Notes: generated by a model not told the origin, from the sequence alone. Positions 38,672 to 49,757 are shown, counted from the first letter of the stretch. The stretch is DNA of 64,000 nt from a bacterium (GCA_023382385.1 JAHDVH010000002.1:4957-68956), one strand, 5' to 3'. Made by a program: numbers and translations.

Positions 38672-41600
38672 ATGAAACGTGCGCTTGTTGTACTGCCTGC
38701 TGTGCTTTGCTTGCTTTGTGCACAATATTTGCGTGCCGGTGAGATCGCTCCCGACTTAGCAGAGAGATGGAGCAAAGTCGCGCCGGACGAGAAGGTAAAT
38801 GCGATATTCCACTTGTGGGAACGCGTTGACCTGCGAGAATTGGATATCACACTCCGCGACCTGCGCGTAACCCGCCAGCAGCGGCATCAAATTGTCATTG
38901 AGGAACTGCAGCGTGTGGCTCGGGAGACACAACCTCCCTTGCTGGCTGACCTTGAAGCGATGCTCAACCAAGGTGAGATTGACGGTTTCACGGCCTATTG
39001 GATCACAAACTGTGTCGTGGTGAAAGGTCCGCGTGAGACGATGGAGAACCTTGCCAAGCACGACCTTGTCCAATGGGTTGAAGCTGTACCTGTTCCTGAG
39101 TTGATTGCCCCCGTAGTCATCAGTGATCGCACACCACGCCAGCCGCTGGACAGCCGCACGCAGGGTGTCAACGCACTGCGCGCACCTCAGGTATGGTACG
39201 AGTTGGGTTACACGGGCGCGGGCAGACTTGTCGCCAACATGGATACTGGTGTGGACGGCAATCATCAAGCACTCGGGTCGCGCTGGCGCGGAAACCATGC
39301 TCCGCACGCACACTGCTGGTTAGACGTACTTGGAGGCGGTTCACAAACCCCGCAAGATGCACAAAGTCACGGCACCCACGTGATGGGAACAATCTGCGGA
39401 ACGGGCGGCCCGTCTTCCCAGTTTGACACCGTAGGTGTAGCACCGGGCGCGGAGTGGATTGCCATGAATGCGATAGGCGGTTTCGGTGCAGACTTCAACA
39501 GCGACGTCTTGCAGGGGTATCAGTGGTTTGCTGATCCCGATGGCAATCCCGGCACAATTGAGGACGTGCCGGATGTTATTCAGAACTCCTGGGGTGTATA
39601 CGGCGGTTTCGCTGGATACACGGATTGCTTCCAATTCTGGAACGACGCGATCATCGCCTGCGAGACCGCAGGTACGGTGGTGGTATTCTCTGCCGGAAAC
39701 GAAGGTCCTGCGCCTGCTTCACACCGCAGCCCGGCCAATATTGCTATCGATTCTGTCACGTTCTTTTCGGTTGGAGCCGTCAACGCGAACAGTTTTCCGA
39801 ACGCCCCCTACCCAGTCGTCGGGTTTTCAAGTCGTGGACCGAGCGATTGCGATGCAACGGCCATCAAGCCTGAAGTAGTTGCCCCGGGTGAAGATGTCTA
39901 TTCAAGCATCCCGGGAAACAACTATGGCAGCATGAGCGGCACGTCCATGGCAGGACCACACGTTGCGGGTATCGTCGCACTGATGCGTGAGGCGAATCCA
40001 AATGCGGATGTTCGTGAAATCAAAGGAGTCTTGTTGCAGACGGCAATTGATTACGCACCCACAGGTGACGATAATACCTCTGGCCGCGGATTCGTCGACG
40101 CTTACGAAGCAGTTCTGCTGATATCCGCGAACCGCGGATGGCTGGTGGGACAAATCACCAATGCAAATAATAATCAGCCGATTTCCGGTGCACGCGTGCA
40201 AGCGGGAGAGAATTTCGTCCGCTTCAGCGATTCACAGGGCAATTATCGCATCTCGCTGCCTGCTGATTCGACTCTGCCAATCACCGTCACGGCATTCGGC
40301 TATGCGGCGTTTTCAACGTCAATGTCCGTTGCTGACTCCGACACCGTTACACTGAATATCCAGATGAATCCGGTCGCTTCGGGCACGTTGAACGGCACGG
40401 TGCTGATCGCAGACGATGTACCTCTGCAGGGTGCGAACATCACGCCGCAAGGAATTCCTGTTGGGCCGTTGCAATCTGATGTGAACGGATTCTTCAGCTA
40501 TTCCCTGCCGGGCAATAATACCTATTCATTCAGAATCACTTTCCAGGACATCACGATTGACACCTCGTTTGCAATTCCCGTGGATGGAACGGTCAACGCT
40601 GTCATTCGCATGGCTTCACAGCATTCGCAACCTACCGGACCGGATTCGTACGGATATCGTGCCTACGAGCGGTTTGACTATGGTTTGACCGCACCGTATG
40701 CGTGGGCTGACATGACCAACGCGACAGTCGTTCCGATGCTGGACATCTTGAATGTCTCCGCTTTCATTGAAATGCCGTTCCCCTTCTGTTTTTACGGTGA
40801 GCGCTATGATTCAGTGACCATCAACGAGAACGGGTGGGTGGCCCCCGGCGGCGACGAACCGGATCGCCGTGCGAACAATACTCCTATTCCCAATGTGGCA
40901 GGCCCTGCGGGCATGCTCGCTTTGTATTGGGACGATCTGACGCGGCGAGCAGGTCAAACCCCGTCGCGCCTGCTGACTCGCTATGACGAGCAAGCAGGAG
41001 TGTTCATTATCGAGTACAGGAACTTCATCTTCGCTTTGGACACGACCAGACGATTCACCGGACAGATTCACATCTTCAATCAGGAAGTCTGGCCGACACC
41101 CACCGGCGATTGTGAGATCATGTTTGTTTACGACGAACTGGGTGTGCTGAACGCCGCAACTATTGGAATCGAAAATCCTGCAGAAAACACGGGCGTGTTG
41201 TATCGCTACAATGCGAATCAGGATCCCACGACTTTTGCGCTTGAGCGAGGCACTGCGATTCTCTTTACCACGCGAACCAGTGTGAGAACGCTCGGCAATT
41301 TGACTGGAACAATTACGACACATCCTGCCATTACGCAGGCAATTCCCAACGGTGTGCGGCTCGGGAATGCCTTGGCACAAGTGTCTACAAACGGTTCGTA
41401 CTCCTTCAACAACGTGTTCGCGGGACCGCGAACGTTGCGTGTCCAGATACCTGGGTACGAGCAGATGGCATTTTTCGCAACTCTGGTTACCAATCAGACA
41501 ACTACCCTTAACGCAGACGTTTGGCGACTGGATCCGCCAACCGGTTTCTCCTACTCTCAGGCAGAGGATTCGCTGTTCTTGAGTTGGCAGCCCCCCGTGA

Positions 41601-42076
41601 GTGTTGGCGGGCTGGATGAGCACCAAGGCTATGTCATCTACTTTGACACAAACGTGCTGGACACGACTGCGGCGTTGAGCTACACGACGCGTATTCCGGG
41701 CGTAGACTTTCACATGTATTGGGTGACCGCACTGTACGATGGCGGCGAAAGTCTGCCGACCGACACTATCATCGTTCAGCGTCTTGCGGCCGATGAAACG
41801 GCGGGAATTCCGACAGAATTTGCGATGTCTCCGGCCTATCCGAATCCCTTCAACCCGTCGACCTCTTTGAATGTCTCACTTCCGCAGTCGGCGGAGTTAA
41901 GCCTGCGTATTTATGATATCGTGGGCCGTGAGGTGGCAGTCATTGCCCAAGGTCGATTCCAGCCAGGAAACTATCGTATGACTTGGAACGCCGAAGGCTC
42001 TGCCACTGGTGTTTACTTCGCTCGCCTTGAGTCTCCGTTGGGATCAAAACTTCAAAAACTGCTGCTGCTTAAATAG
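38672..42076 (+). CDS. Secreted S8 peptidase (bacillopeptidase F-like) with carboxypeptidase-regulatory-like, FN3 and T9SS-type C-terminal domains
   Basis: MDTGVD, HGTHVMG, FSAGN and SGTSMAGPHVAG. C-terminal AYPNPFNP...IYDIVGREV...GVYFARL...KLLLLK. Confidence 0.93.
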   Translation: MKRALVVLPAVLCLLCAQYLRAGEIAPDLAERWSKVAPDEKVNAIFHLWERVDLRELDITLRDLRVTRQQRHQIVIEELQRVARETQPPLLADLEAMLNQGEIDGFTAYWITNCVVVKGPRETMENLAKHDLVQWVEAVPVPELIAPVVISDRTPRQPLDSRTQGVNALRAPQVWYELGYTGAGRLVANMDTGVDGNHQALGSRWRGNHAPHAHCWLDVLGGGSQTPQDAQSHGTHVMGTICGTGGPSSQFDTVGVAPGAEWIAMNAIGGFGADFNSDVLQGYQWFADPDGNPGTIEDVPDVIQNSWGVYGGFAGYTDCFQFWNDAIIACETAGTVVVFSAGNEGPAPASHRSPANIAIDSVTFFSVGAVNANSFPNAPYPVVGFSSRGPSDCDATAIKPEVVAPGEDVYSSIPGNNYGSMSGTSMAGPHVAGIVALMREANPNADVREIKGVLLQTAIDYAPTGDDNTSGRGFVDAYEAVLLISANRGWLVGQITNANNNQPISGARVQAGENFVRFSDSQGNYRISLPADSTLPITVTAFGYAAFSTSMSVADSDTVTLNIQMNPVASGTLNGTVLIADDVPLQGANITPQGIPVGPLQSDVNGFFSYSLPGNNTYSFRITFQDITIDTSFAIPVDGTVNAVIRMASQHSQPTGPDSYGYRAYERFDYGLTAPYAWADMTNATVVPMLDILNVSAFIEMPFPFCFYGERYDSVTINENGWVAPGGDEPDRRANNTPIPNVAGPAGMLALYWDDLTRRAGQTPSRLLTRYDEQAGVFIIEYRNFIFALDTTRRFTGQIHIFNQEVWPTPTGDCEIMFVYDELGVLNAATIGIENPAENTGVLYRYNANQDPTTFALERGTAILFTTRTSVRTLGNLTGTITTHPAITQAIPNGVRLGNALAQVSTNGSYSFNNVFAGPRTLRVQIPGYEQMAFFATLVTNQTTTLNADVWRLDPPTGFSYSQAEDSLFLSWQPPVSVGGLDEHQGYVIYFDTNVLDTTAALSYTTRIPGVDFHMYWVTALYDGGESLPTDTIIVQRLAADETAGIPTEFAMSPAYPNPFNPSTSLNVSLPQSAELSLRIYDIVGREVAVIAQGRFQPGNYRMTWNAEGSATGVYFARLESPLGSKLQKLLLLK

Positions 42077-42097
42077 CGATGCAGTCCGTTCGAGTTC

Positions 42098-42127
42098 GAA
42101 AAGGCCGAGTACAGACTCGGCCTTTTC
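42098..42127 (+). terminator. Intrinsic terminator
   Basis: gaaaaggccgagt/actcggccttttc stem followed by T-rich sequence, just after the S8 stop. Confidence 0.75.
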
Positions 42128-42525
42128 ATTTCCCTCTTTTCGCGGGACAGGCGAGCCGTCCTGACCTGCCTTCCAGAGCAAACCTCAAAACGTCTCTTCC
42201 AGCTTGAGAACAAAACTTGACCTCTCCTCTCCGATTTAACGGGTCCGGAGCGTTGCACATTATCTCCTTTTTCAGTTTAGAATAGTAGAAACAGTAATTT
42301 AATTTTTATATTGTTCATGAGGATTTCGCTCTTTTTCGTTGAAACCCGTTGCTCAGAGCATTGCTTGGAAGTAAATTGTGGTAGCGACTGGTCCTCCTCC
42401 CTGCATTGCGCCCGCCCCATTCGTCCCTTCTCCTACCGCTTCTTGGTGTATTTGCGCCATGTGAATTCCGGCAGGGCTTTTTTGAATTTGAAATAAAGAT
42501 ATATAAGTCGATTAAGGGTGCCGAT

Positions 42526-44876
42526 ATGAGACACTTGCTTGCAATTCTGGTTGTAGCCGCGAACGCTCTCGCCATACCACAACTCATCAACTACCAAGGT
42601 CAACTTAACGGAACGGGCGGCATTCCACTGGACACAACAGTATCCATGACGATGCGACTATATGACGGGCCGGGGGGAGCTGCGACCCTGTTGTGGACAG
42701 AAGCACATCCCGCAGTTGCAGTACAAGGCGGCCTGTTTGACCTCACCCTCGGTTCTATTACCGCTCTAAACCTTAGCCTGATGAACAACACGGAAGTCTG
42801 GCTCGGTGTAACCATTGGAAATGATTCGGAAATGACTCCGCGTGAGCGCATCGTTGCGGTTGGCTACAGTTTCCGAGTTGGCACTGTGGATGGAGCAAGC
42901 GGCGGGAGTGTCACAAGCGACCTAATTGTCACAGGTCGCGGGACGTTTGGAAGCGGAAACACAAACTCGGGAACGAATGGCTTTGTTGCCGGTGGTTCCA
43001 ACTCCGCTTCCCAACAATATACGGTTATCAGCGGTGGTTCCGAGAATGCAATCAGCAGTCAATGGAGCACCATTTCCGGTGGCAGACTTAATAGTGTGAC
43101 CGGAAACTGGGGAGCTATAGGTGGCGGTTTGTCGAACAGTGTTTCCGCCCCGTATGGCACTATCGCAGGCGGTCAGGACAATCTTGCAGGCGCAAACAAC
43201 GCTGCGGTCGGTGGCGGACGCAACAATTATGCACGTGGATTGCAAAGCGTCGTTGCAGGCGGAGGTGGGCTTGCGGCGGATTCAAACAGTGCGCAAGGAG
43301 CAGCCAGCACCATCAGCGGCGGGTTGCGTAATCTCGCCATAGGAACGCAAGCAACTGTTGCGGCGGACGGAACAACAAGGCACGCGGAAACTATTCCACG
43401 ATATCTGGTGGCGGCGGATCGGTCGCAGCTGACTCTAATAGTGCCCAAGGGACTGCAAGCACAATAGGCGGCGGCGTGAGAAACGTAGCCTCACAGGCAA
43501 ACTCCGCAGTCGGTGGCGGTGCAAACAATTCTGCACTCGGTTCGCATTCCACGATAAGCGGTGGTGAGTTCAACTATACGACCGGTTCTCACTCTTTTAT
43601 CGGTAGTGGCTTCTCAAACACGGTGTCGGATTCCTTCGCGACAATCGCAGGCGGAACTTTGAATTACGCTCCGGGGAAGTATTCAACTGTAGCAGGGGGA
43701 TATGGCAACGACGCCCGTTCAACGGGTTCAACGATTGCCGGAGGATATTCGAATGAAATTGGAGACACAAGTTTCTACGGCGCGATTGGCGGCGGCCAGG
43801 AGAACGCTACTGGAGCGCGACATGCGACCGTTGGCGGCGGATGGCAGAACTCTGCCAGTGGCGTTTGGAGTACAGCCGGCGGAGGCAGACAGAACTCTGC
43901 CAGTGGCGCGTTAAGTACCATCGGTGGAGGCGGAGAGAACCAGGCCCAGGGATTACTCTCATTTGTGGGCGGAGGAAGCAATAATACTGCGGGGAACTTC
44001 TCAACTGTTGGGGGTGGCAGCAGTAATGTTGCAGGGCCAACTTCGTTTGTTGGAGGAGGATCCACGAATGTTGCATCGGGCTATGTGAGCGTCATTACAG
44101 GTGGATTTCGCAACCAGGCAATGGGGGACTATTCGACAGTGAGTGGCGGCGACAGCAACATAGCGGCCGGAACTAATGCAACAGTGGGCGGAGGACTACA
44201 GAACAAGGCGCGAGGCAATTACTCCGTCGTGTCGGGAGGCGGCGGGATCGCAATCGATTCGAACTTGGCGAGCGGAAACTACAGCGTTGTGGCTGGAGGA
44301 CGGCGCAACGAAGCAGGTGGAATCGAGAGTTTTGTTGCTGGAGGGTATCGCAATCGTGCCTCAGGTGCAACATCTTTCGCTGCAGGTGGTCAGGCCAACG
44401 CAAGTCACAATGAGTCGTTCGTTTGGTCAAGCGGCGGCGCGACAAACTCTACAGGTAACGGAACAGTGACCATGCGTGCAACAGGAGGTTACACGTTCTA
44501 TTCGGCCGGAGGTAACACGGGAGCAACGCTCCCTGCCAATCAATCGGCATGGGTGTCAATCAGTGACTCGACACTGAAGCACCGTTACGGCCAAGTGGAA
44601 ACGAGCGATGTTTTGACGAAACTCGCAAACCTGCCTGTCGAAACGTGGAGCTACAAGCACGACGAGCACAACATTCTTCACATGGGTCCTATGGCGCAGG
44701 ACTTCCGGAACGCCTTTGGATTGGGCAATGACGATACGGGAATCTCCACGATAGACGCAGATGGCGTATTGTTCGCCGCTGTACAGGAACTGGCGAAAGA
44801 AAATGCGGGACTCAAGGAGCGCGTTGCCGACCTTGAAAAACTCGTGCAGCAGATGATTCTACTTGGACAGAAGTAA
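42526..44876 (+). pseudogene. Fibre protein 1: signal peptide, IPQLINYQGQL domain, Gly-rich repeats and S74 intramolecular chaperone; 1-nt frameshift near 43360 (real or sequencing error)
   Basis: The ORFs 42526..43467 and 43476..44876 join into one ~783-aa paralogue of the next two genes if one G is restored in gtt-g(g)c-ggc. C-terminal ISDSTLK, HMGPMAQDF and coiled coil. Confidence 0.8.
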
Positions 44877-44901
44877 CTACTAGCTCGTCGAAAAGGAGAC
44901 T

Positions 44902-47310
44902 ATGATGAAGCATTATCTCATTCTACTCATTCTCGCTGCGAATGCCCTTGCGATTCCACAGCTAATCAACTATCAAGGCCAATTAACTTCGCCAAGTGGC
45001 ATTCCGCTCGATACGACTGTTGTGATGACATTCCGCCTCTACGGAACAGAAAGCGGCGGTACGGCGATATGGATGGAGACACATCCGGCGGTAGCGGTGT
45101 CCGATGGTCATTTCAACGTGCTGCTCGGATCGGTGACAGCACTTCTTGACTCATTCTCGATAGACCGTTGGCTGGGTATCACGATAGGAGCAGACACTGA
45201 AATGAGTCCGCGCCAGCAAATCGTTTCTGTTGCGCATGCCTATCGCGTGGGAACGGTCGATGGAGCGAGCGGCGGAACCATTATCGGTGACGTGATCGGC
45301 ACGGGCAAGGGAACCTTTGGTTCGCAGAGTATCGCATCGGGAGTTGGTGCAACGGTTTCAGGTGGTTCAGGAAACATCGCCAGCGGAAACTACTCAACTA
45401 CCAGCGGAGGACAAGACTGCGCTGCCAGCGCACAACATGCTACAGTCTCTGGCGGTCGCGGAAACTTCGCGCGCGGCGTGAGAAGTGGCATTCTCAGCGG
45501 AGGCGGATTGGCCTCAGATTCTAATAGTGTTCAGGGAATCGCCAGTGCAATCGTCGCAGGCTCGGGTAATCTGGTAACCAGTGACTATGCGCTGATCGGC
45601 GGGGGGAGAAACAATCGCGCGCGCGGTATCTTCAGCGTGGTAGCGGGCGGAGGTGGAACCACAGCTGCGGACTCCAACGCGGCCGTAAGTAGTTATGCGA
45701 CAGTTGGCGGAGGAACAAGAAACTTCGCAGCGGGTGTGGGTTCGACAGTTGGAGGAGGAACTGGCAACATTTCATCCGGTGGAAACACGAGCGTGGCGGG
45801 TGGACAGAACAATATTGCAACTTCACAGGGTGCCGCCATCGGTGGAGGGTATAATAATCGCGCACGTTCGAACTATGCTTTCGTCGGCGGAGGTGGTGGT
45901 GCGCTGGAGGCGGACTCCAATAGCGCACACGGGCCTTACAGTGTTATAGCTGGCGGGCGCGGTAACTTCACCAATGGCGCAACTGCGGTCATAGGAGGTG
46001 GTTTTGACAATGAAGCTCTCAATAACAATACGGTGATTGCCGGCGGATCTGCAAACACTGTTCAGAGTGATGGAGGCGCGATTCTTGGTGGCCTGTCTAA
46101 TATCGTTGCGGCTCAATACTCCGTTGTTGCCGGGGGGCGCAACAATCGAGCGCGCGGCAGCTATAGCTTCATCGGTGGTGGTGGTGGAGTCAGCCTCGCA
46201 GATTCCAATTCCGTGCAACAATTTGCCAATAACAGCGTGGTAGTCGGCGGTGCCAGAAATTCAGTTGGTAGTGCGAACTCTTGCGTAGTTGCAGGCTTTG
46301 CGAACAGCGTTACAGGTACCTCGTCCGGTATCTTAGGTGGCCAAAGCAACAGCGTGACCGCAGATTATTCTGTGATTGCAGGTGGGAATGCGAATTCGAA
46401 TACGACCTTCTATAGTTTTATTGGCGCAGGACGCAACAACGTCAGCCGCGGCCAGTATAGCGTAATCGGAGGTGGCGGAGGAGTTACTGCCGCAGACTCC
46501 AATGCAACGTCCGCGAACTTTAGCGCTATCTTAGGCGGCTCGCGCAATTTCACATCGGGGCTCTATTCAGCAATCGGCGGCGGTTACCAGAATTCAGCCT
46601 CAGGCTATGCCGCTCATGTTGCAGGCGGCTTCAATAGTTCTGCCAGTGGCGACTCTTCCTGTGTGGGTGGCGGTTCAGGAAATTCGGCGTCAGGAATTGC
46701 TTCCGTCATCGGAGGCGGTTACAGCAATAGTGCGAGCGGTTTTGCAGCAACTATTCCCGGTGGATATGACTGCACCGCGAGCGCACGCTATTCGTTCGCG
46801 GCAGGAAGACGGGCGATTGCCAATGACGTTGGAGCATTCGTCTGGGCCGACTCGACCAATTCATCCTTTCTCTCACCTGGCGTAAACACCTTTAGCGTGC
46901 GTGCCAGCGGTGGAACATTTATCTATTCAAACAGCGCACTGTCTGCAGGCGTCTCGCTTGCCCCCGGCACAGGCTCTTGGGCATCCGTTTCGGATTCTGC
47001 GCTAAAGGAAAACTTCCGCAACATCAAAACGGAGGAGATTCTCGACAAAGTCTCCTCCTTGCGAATTCGTGAATGGAACTACATTGCGCAGGAAGACTCC
47101 ATCCGCCACATGGGACCGATGGCACAGGACATGTACGCTCAGTTCCGGTTGGGTGGCAGCGAAAAGACAATTGAAACCATTGACGCCGATGGCGTATTGT
47201 TCGCCGCGGTGCAGGAATTGGCGAAGCGCAGCGCGAAGCAGGCAGAAGAGATTGCCGAACTCAAGCAGCTTGTGAGTCAGCTAATTCAATTCGGTCACAA
47301 ACCGGAATAA
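44902..47310 (+). CDS. Fibre protein 2: secreted tail-fibre-like protein with C-terminal S74 chaperone
   Basis: Signal peptide ending ALA, then IPQLINYQGQL. ~14-aa S-x-h-GGG-x-x-N repeats. VSDSALKE, WNY, HMGPMAQD and coiled coil. Confidence 0.88.
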   Translation: MMKHYLILLILAANALAIPQLINYQGQLTSPSGIPLDTTVVMTFRLYGTESGGTAIWMETHPAVAVSDGHFNVLLGSVTALLDSFSIDRWLGITIGADTEMSPRQQIVSVAHAYRVGTVDGASGGTIIGDVIGTGKGTFGSQSIASGVGATVSGGSGNIASGNYSTTSGGQDCAASAQHATVSGGRGNFARGVRSGILSGGGLASDSNSVQGIASAIVAGSGNLVTSDYALIGGGRNNRARGIFSVVAGGGGTTAADSNAAVSSYATVGGGTRNFAAGVGSTVGGGTGNISSGGNTSVAGGQNNIATSQGAAIGGGYNNRARSNYAFVGGGGGALEADSNSAHGPYSVIAGGRGNFTNGATAVIGGGFDNEALNNNTVIAGGSANTVQSDGGAILGGLSNIVAAQYSVVAGGRNNRARGSYSFIGGGGGVSLADSNSVQQFANNSVVVGGARNSVGSANSCVVAGFANSVTGTSSGILGGQSNSVTADYSVIAGGNANSNTTFYSFIGAGRNNVSRGQYSVIGGGGGVTAADSNATSANFSAILGGSRNFTSGLYSAIGGGYQNSASGYAAHVAGGFNSSASGDSSCVGGGSGNSASGIASVIGGGYSNSASGFAATIPGGYDCTASARYSFAAGRRAIANDVGAFVWADSTNSSFLSPGVNTFSVRASGGTFIYSNSALSAGVSLAPGTGSWASVSDSALKENFRNIKTEEILDKVSSLRIREWNYIAQEDSIRHMGPMAQDMYAQFRLGGSEKTIETIDADGVLFAAVQELAKRSAKQAEEIAELKQLVSQLIQFGHKPE

Positions 47311-47702
47311 CATTGGGTAGACATGATGAAGAAACTCCTCTTTACGCTTTTCCTCGCCACTCAAGCCTGGGCGATTCCACAACTTATCAACTATCAAGGT
47401 CAACTTACGTCGTCTTCCGGGTCGCCATTGGATACGACAGTGGTCATGACCTTTCGTTTGTATAGTGCAGCCAGTGGCGGCACGGCGGGCTGGACAGAAA
47501 CTCATCCGAGTGTTGCAGTCACGGGCGGCTTGTTTCATGTCTTGCTCGGTTCAGTAGTAACGTTACCCGATTCCTTTGCAGTCAATCGTTGGCTGGGCAT
47601 CACGATTGGAGCAGACACGGAGATGAGTCCGCGCCAGCAAGTCGTCTCTGTTGCGCATGCGTATCGCGTGGGAACGGTCGATGGAGCGAGCGGCGGAACC
47701 AT
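45166..47702 (+). repeat. 116-bp near-identical direct repeat shared by fibre genes 2 and 3 (45166-45281 and 47587-47702)
   Basis: Manual alignment gives 7 mismatches in 116 nt, with the last 41 nt identical. Confidence 0.85.
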
Positions 47703-49746
47703 AACTGGTAATTTGAATGTTGCCGGCAAAGGAAACATCGGCTCCGGAAATTCAAATTCGGGCAATCAGGCGTTTGTTGCGGGGCAGAACAACAGTGCCT
47801 CTGGAAACCACTCCGTCGTGAGCGGCGGTTCGGCGAATACTGCCACAGGACCCGGCTCTTCAGTGGGCGGCGGCACCAGCAATACGGTGGAAGGCGGTTG
47901 GGCTGTGATTGGCGGCGGCGATTCAAACGTCGGACAGGGAGTCTGGTCGGTCGTGGCCGGTGGATTCGAGAATACCGCGTCAGAAGTATCAAGCGTAGTC
48001 AGTGGCGGCAGTGGAAACCACGCTAACGGCGAATGGAGCGTTGTTGGTGGCGGCAGCGCCAATCGCGCGGATAGCATTGCGATTGTCGGCGGTGGACTCA
48101 GTAATCTTGCCGCAGGTCCCTACTCCTTTGTGGGCGGCGGCTACATCAACAGAGCATCAGGGCGCTCCAGCACGGTCGGCGGAGGGCAAGAGAACCAGGC
48201 CGCAGGAATCTTCAGTACTGCTGCTGGAGGAGACAGCAACAACGTTTACGGAGCGTTCGGCTTCAACGGTGGCGGCCAGCTGAATGCGGTGGCAGATTCG
48301 TTCGCCGCACTCGCCGGAGGGCGGCATAATCGCGCAAGGGGCAAGTACAGCTTCGTTGGTGGAGGTGGTGGACCAACGCTGTCCGATTCAAACAGCGCAC
48401 GCGGGAGTTGGTCGGCGATTGTCGGGGGAAGCGGCAACAACGTGTCGCAGAACTATGGTTTCATCGGTTCAGGACAAGCCAACATTGTGACGGCGTCACA
48501 TTCGGCGATTCTTGGAGGAAACTTCAATCAAGCCACCGCGGTCCGATCTGGCATAGTTGGAGGAGACAGCAATATCGTCAGCGGCCAAGAGAGCTTCGTC
48601 GGCGGAGGCAACCTGAACCTTGCTCGAGGCGCCAGAAATTCAATTGTCGGGGGACAAAACAACTCCTTGAGTTCCATTTCAGAAGCATCGTTTATTGGTG
48701 GAGGTAATGGGAATTACATAGACTCGTATTATTCAGTCATCGCCGGTGGTGACAGTAACATCGTGGACCTTGGAGGTACTTACGGCTTTATCGGCACAGG
48801 GAAATCAAACTATGTGGGGGGGAATAGAGGTGGTATTGTCTCGGGTTTCGACAACACCGTAACATTTGGTTCTTCCAACTCATTTGTTGGAGGTGGTTCC
48901 GGCAACAGGGTCGAATCGCCGAATTCTGTAATTTGCGGTGGAGTGGGTAATATCGTTGACGGCGCGATTGGCACATCCTTTATCGGCAGCGGCACGTCAA
49001 ATAGTGTTCTCACGAACGGTTCCGCAATCGCCGGCGGATATAGCAATACTATTACTGGCGCTGGCGGCGCAATTTGCGCTGGATACCAGAATGTTGTGTC
49101 AGGCAGCTATGGATTTGTAGGCAGCGGCTTGTCTAATGTTGTAAGTGGATCCTCTGCTGTTGTGCCTGGAGGGACCGCAAATGAGGCCTCAACGTCCAAT
49201 TCATTTGCAGCAGGCCAAAACGCGCGCGCCAGACACTCCAACAGTTTTGTTTGGGGAAGCTCCGGAACTGACAGTACAGTCTCTGTGAGCACAGGATCTT
49301 TTGTCGCTCGCGCATCCGGCGGCGCACGATTTTACTCAGAATCCACTGGAACATCGGCGGGAGTAACTTTAGCCGCTGGCGGCGGCGCATGGAACTCGAT
49401 TTCTGATTCAACAGTGAAGCGGCGTCTTGGCCAAGTCAACACGGCGGAAATACTGTCAAGAGTCATTGAGCTTCCAATTGAGCGTTGGAGCTATTTGTCT
49501 CAGCCTGAAGACATTCAACATATCGGACCAATGGCACAGGACTTTCATGCCGCTTTTGGTGTGGGTGACGATGAAAGAACGATTTCTACGCTTGATCCTG
49601 ACGGCGTCGCACTGGCGGCGATACAGGAACTGGCAAAACTCAATCAACAAAAGGACGCTAAGATCTCCGACCTTGAAGGTCGCATCAGAATGCTCGAAGA
49701 GGCGATTCTGCAATTTGGCAATCTTGGTCAAACAGATAAGCAGTAA
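47323..49746 (+). CDS. Fibre protein 3: secreted tail-fibre-like protein with C-terminal S74 chaperone
   Basis: Signal peptide ending AWA, then IPQLINYQGQL. Same repeats. ISDSTVKR, WSY, HIGPMAQDF and coiled coil. Confidence 0.88.
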   Translation: MMKKLLFTLFLATQAWAIPQLINYQGQLTSSSGSPLDTTVVMTFRLYSAASGGTAGWTETHPSVAVTGGLFHVLLGSVVTLPDSFAVNRWLGITIGADTEMSPRQQVVSVAHAYRVGTVDGASGGTITGNLNVAGKGNIGSGNSNSGNQAFVAGQNNSASGNHSVVSGGSANTATGPGSSVGGGTSNTVEGGWAVIGGGDSNVGQGVWSVVAGGFENTASEVSSVVSGGSGNHANGEWSVVGGGSANRADSIAIVGGGLSNLAAGPYSFVGGGYINRASGRSSTVGGGQENQAAGIFSTAAGGDSNNVYGAFGFNGGGQLNAVADSFAALAGGRHNRARGKYSFVGGGGGPTLSDSNSARGSWSAIVGGSGNNVSQNYGFIGSGQANIVTASHSAILGGNFNQATAVRSGIVGGDSNIVSGQESFVGGGNLNLARGARNSIVGGQNNSLSSISEASFIGGGNGNYIDSYYSVIAGGDSNIVDLGGTYGFIGTGKSNYVGGNRGGIVSGFDNTVTFGSSNSFVGGGSGNRVESPNSVICGGVGNIVDGAIGTSFIGSGTSNSVLTNGSAIAGGYSNTITGAGGAICAGYQNVVSGSYGFVGSGLSNVVSGSSAVVPGGTANEASTSNSFAAGQNARARHSNSFVWGSSGTDSTVSVSTGSFVARASGGARFYSESTGTSAGVTLAAGGGAWNSISDSTVKRRLGQVNTAEILSRVIELPIERWSYLSQPEDIQHIGPMAQDFHAAFGVGDDERTISTLDPDGVALAAIQELAKLNQQKDAKISDLEGRIRMLEEAILQFGNLGQTDKQ

Positions 49747-49757
49747 GGATACAAACA

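Noticed and set aside
40811-41713. 300-aa minus-strand ORF
   Set aside because: It lies antisense within the S8 protease gene and has no recognisable motifs.
42406-42525. Upstream start for fibre 1
   Set aside because: The paralogues and the signal peptide place the start at ATG 42526.
45166-47702. Diversity-generating retroelement template/variable repeat pair
   Set aside because: The mismatches are mostly synonymous and not adenine-specific, both copies are in coding N-domains, and there is no reverse transcriptase in the window.
42526-49746. Prophage or tailocin suggested by tail-fibre/S74 domains
   Set aside because: No integrase, capsid, terminase, sheath, baseplate or lysis genes are present. 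The proteins have signal peptides and the flanking genes are ordinary chromosomal ones.
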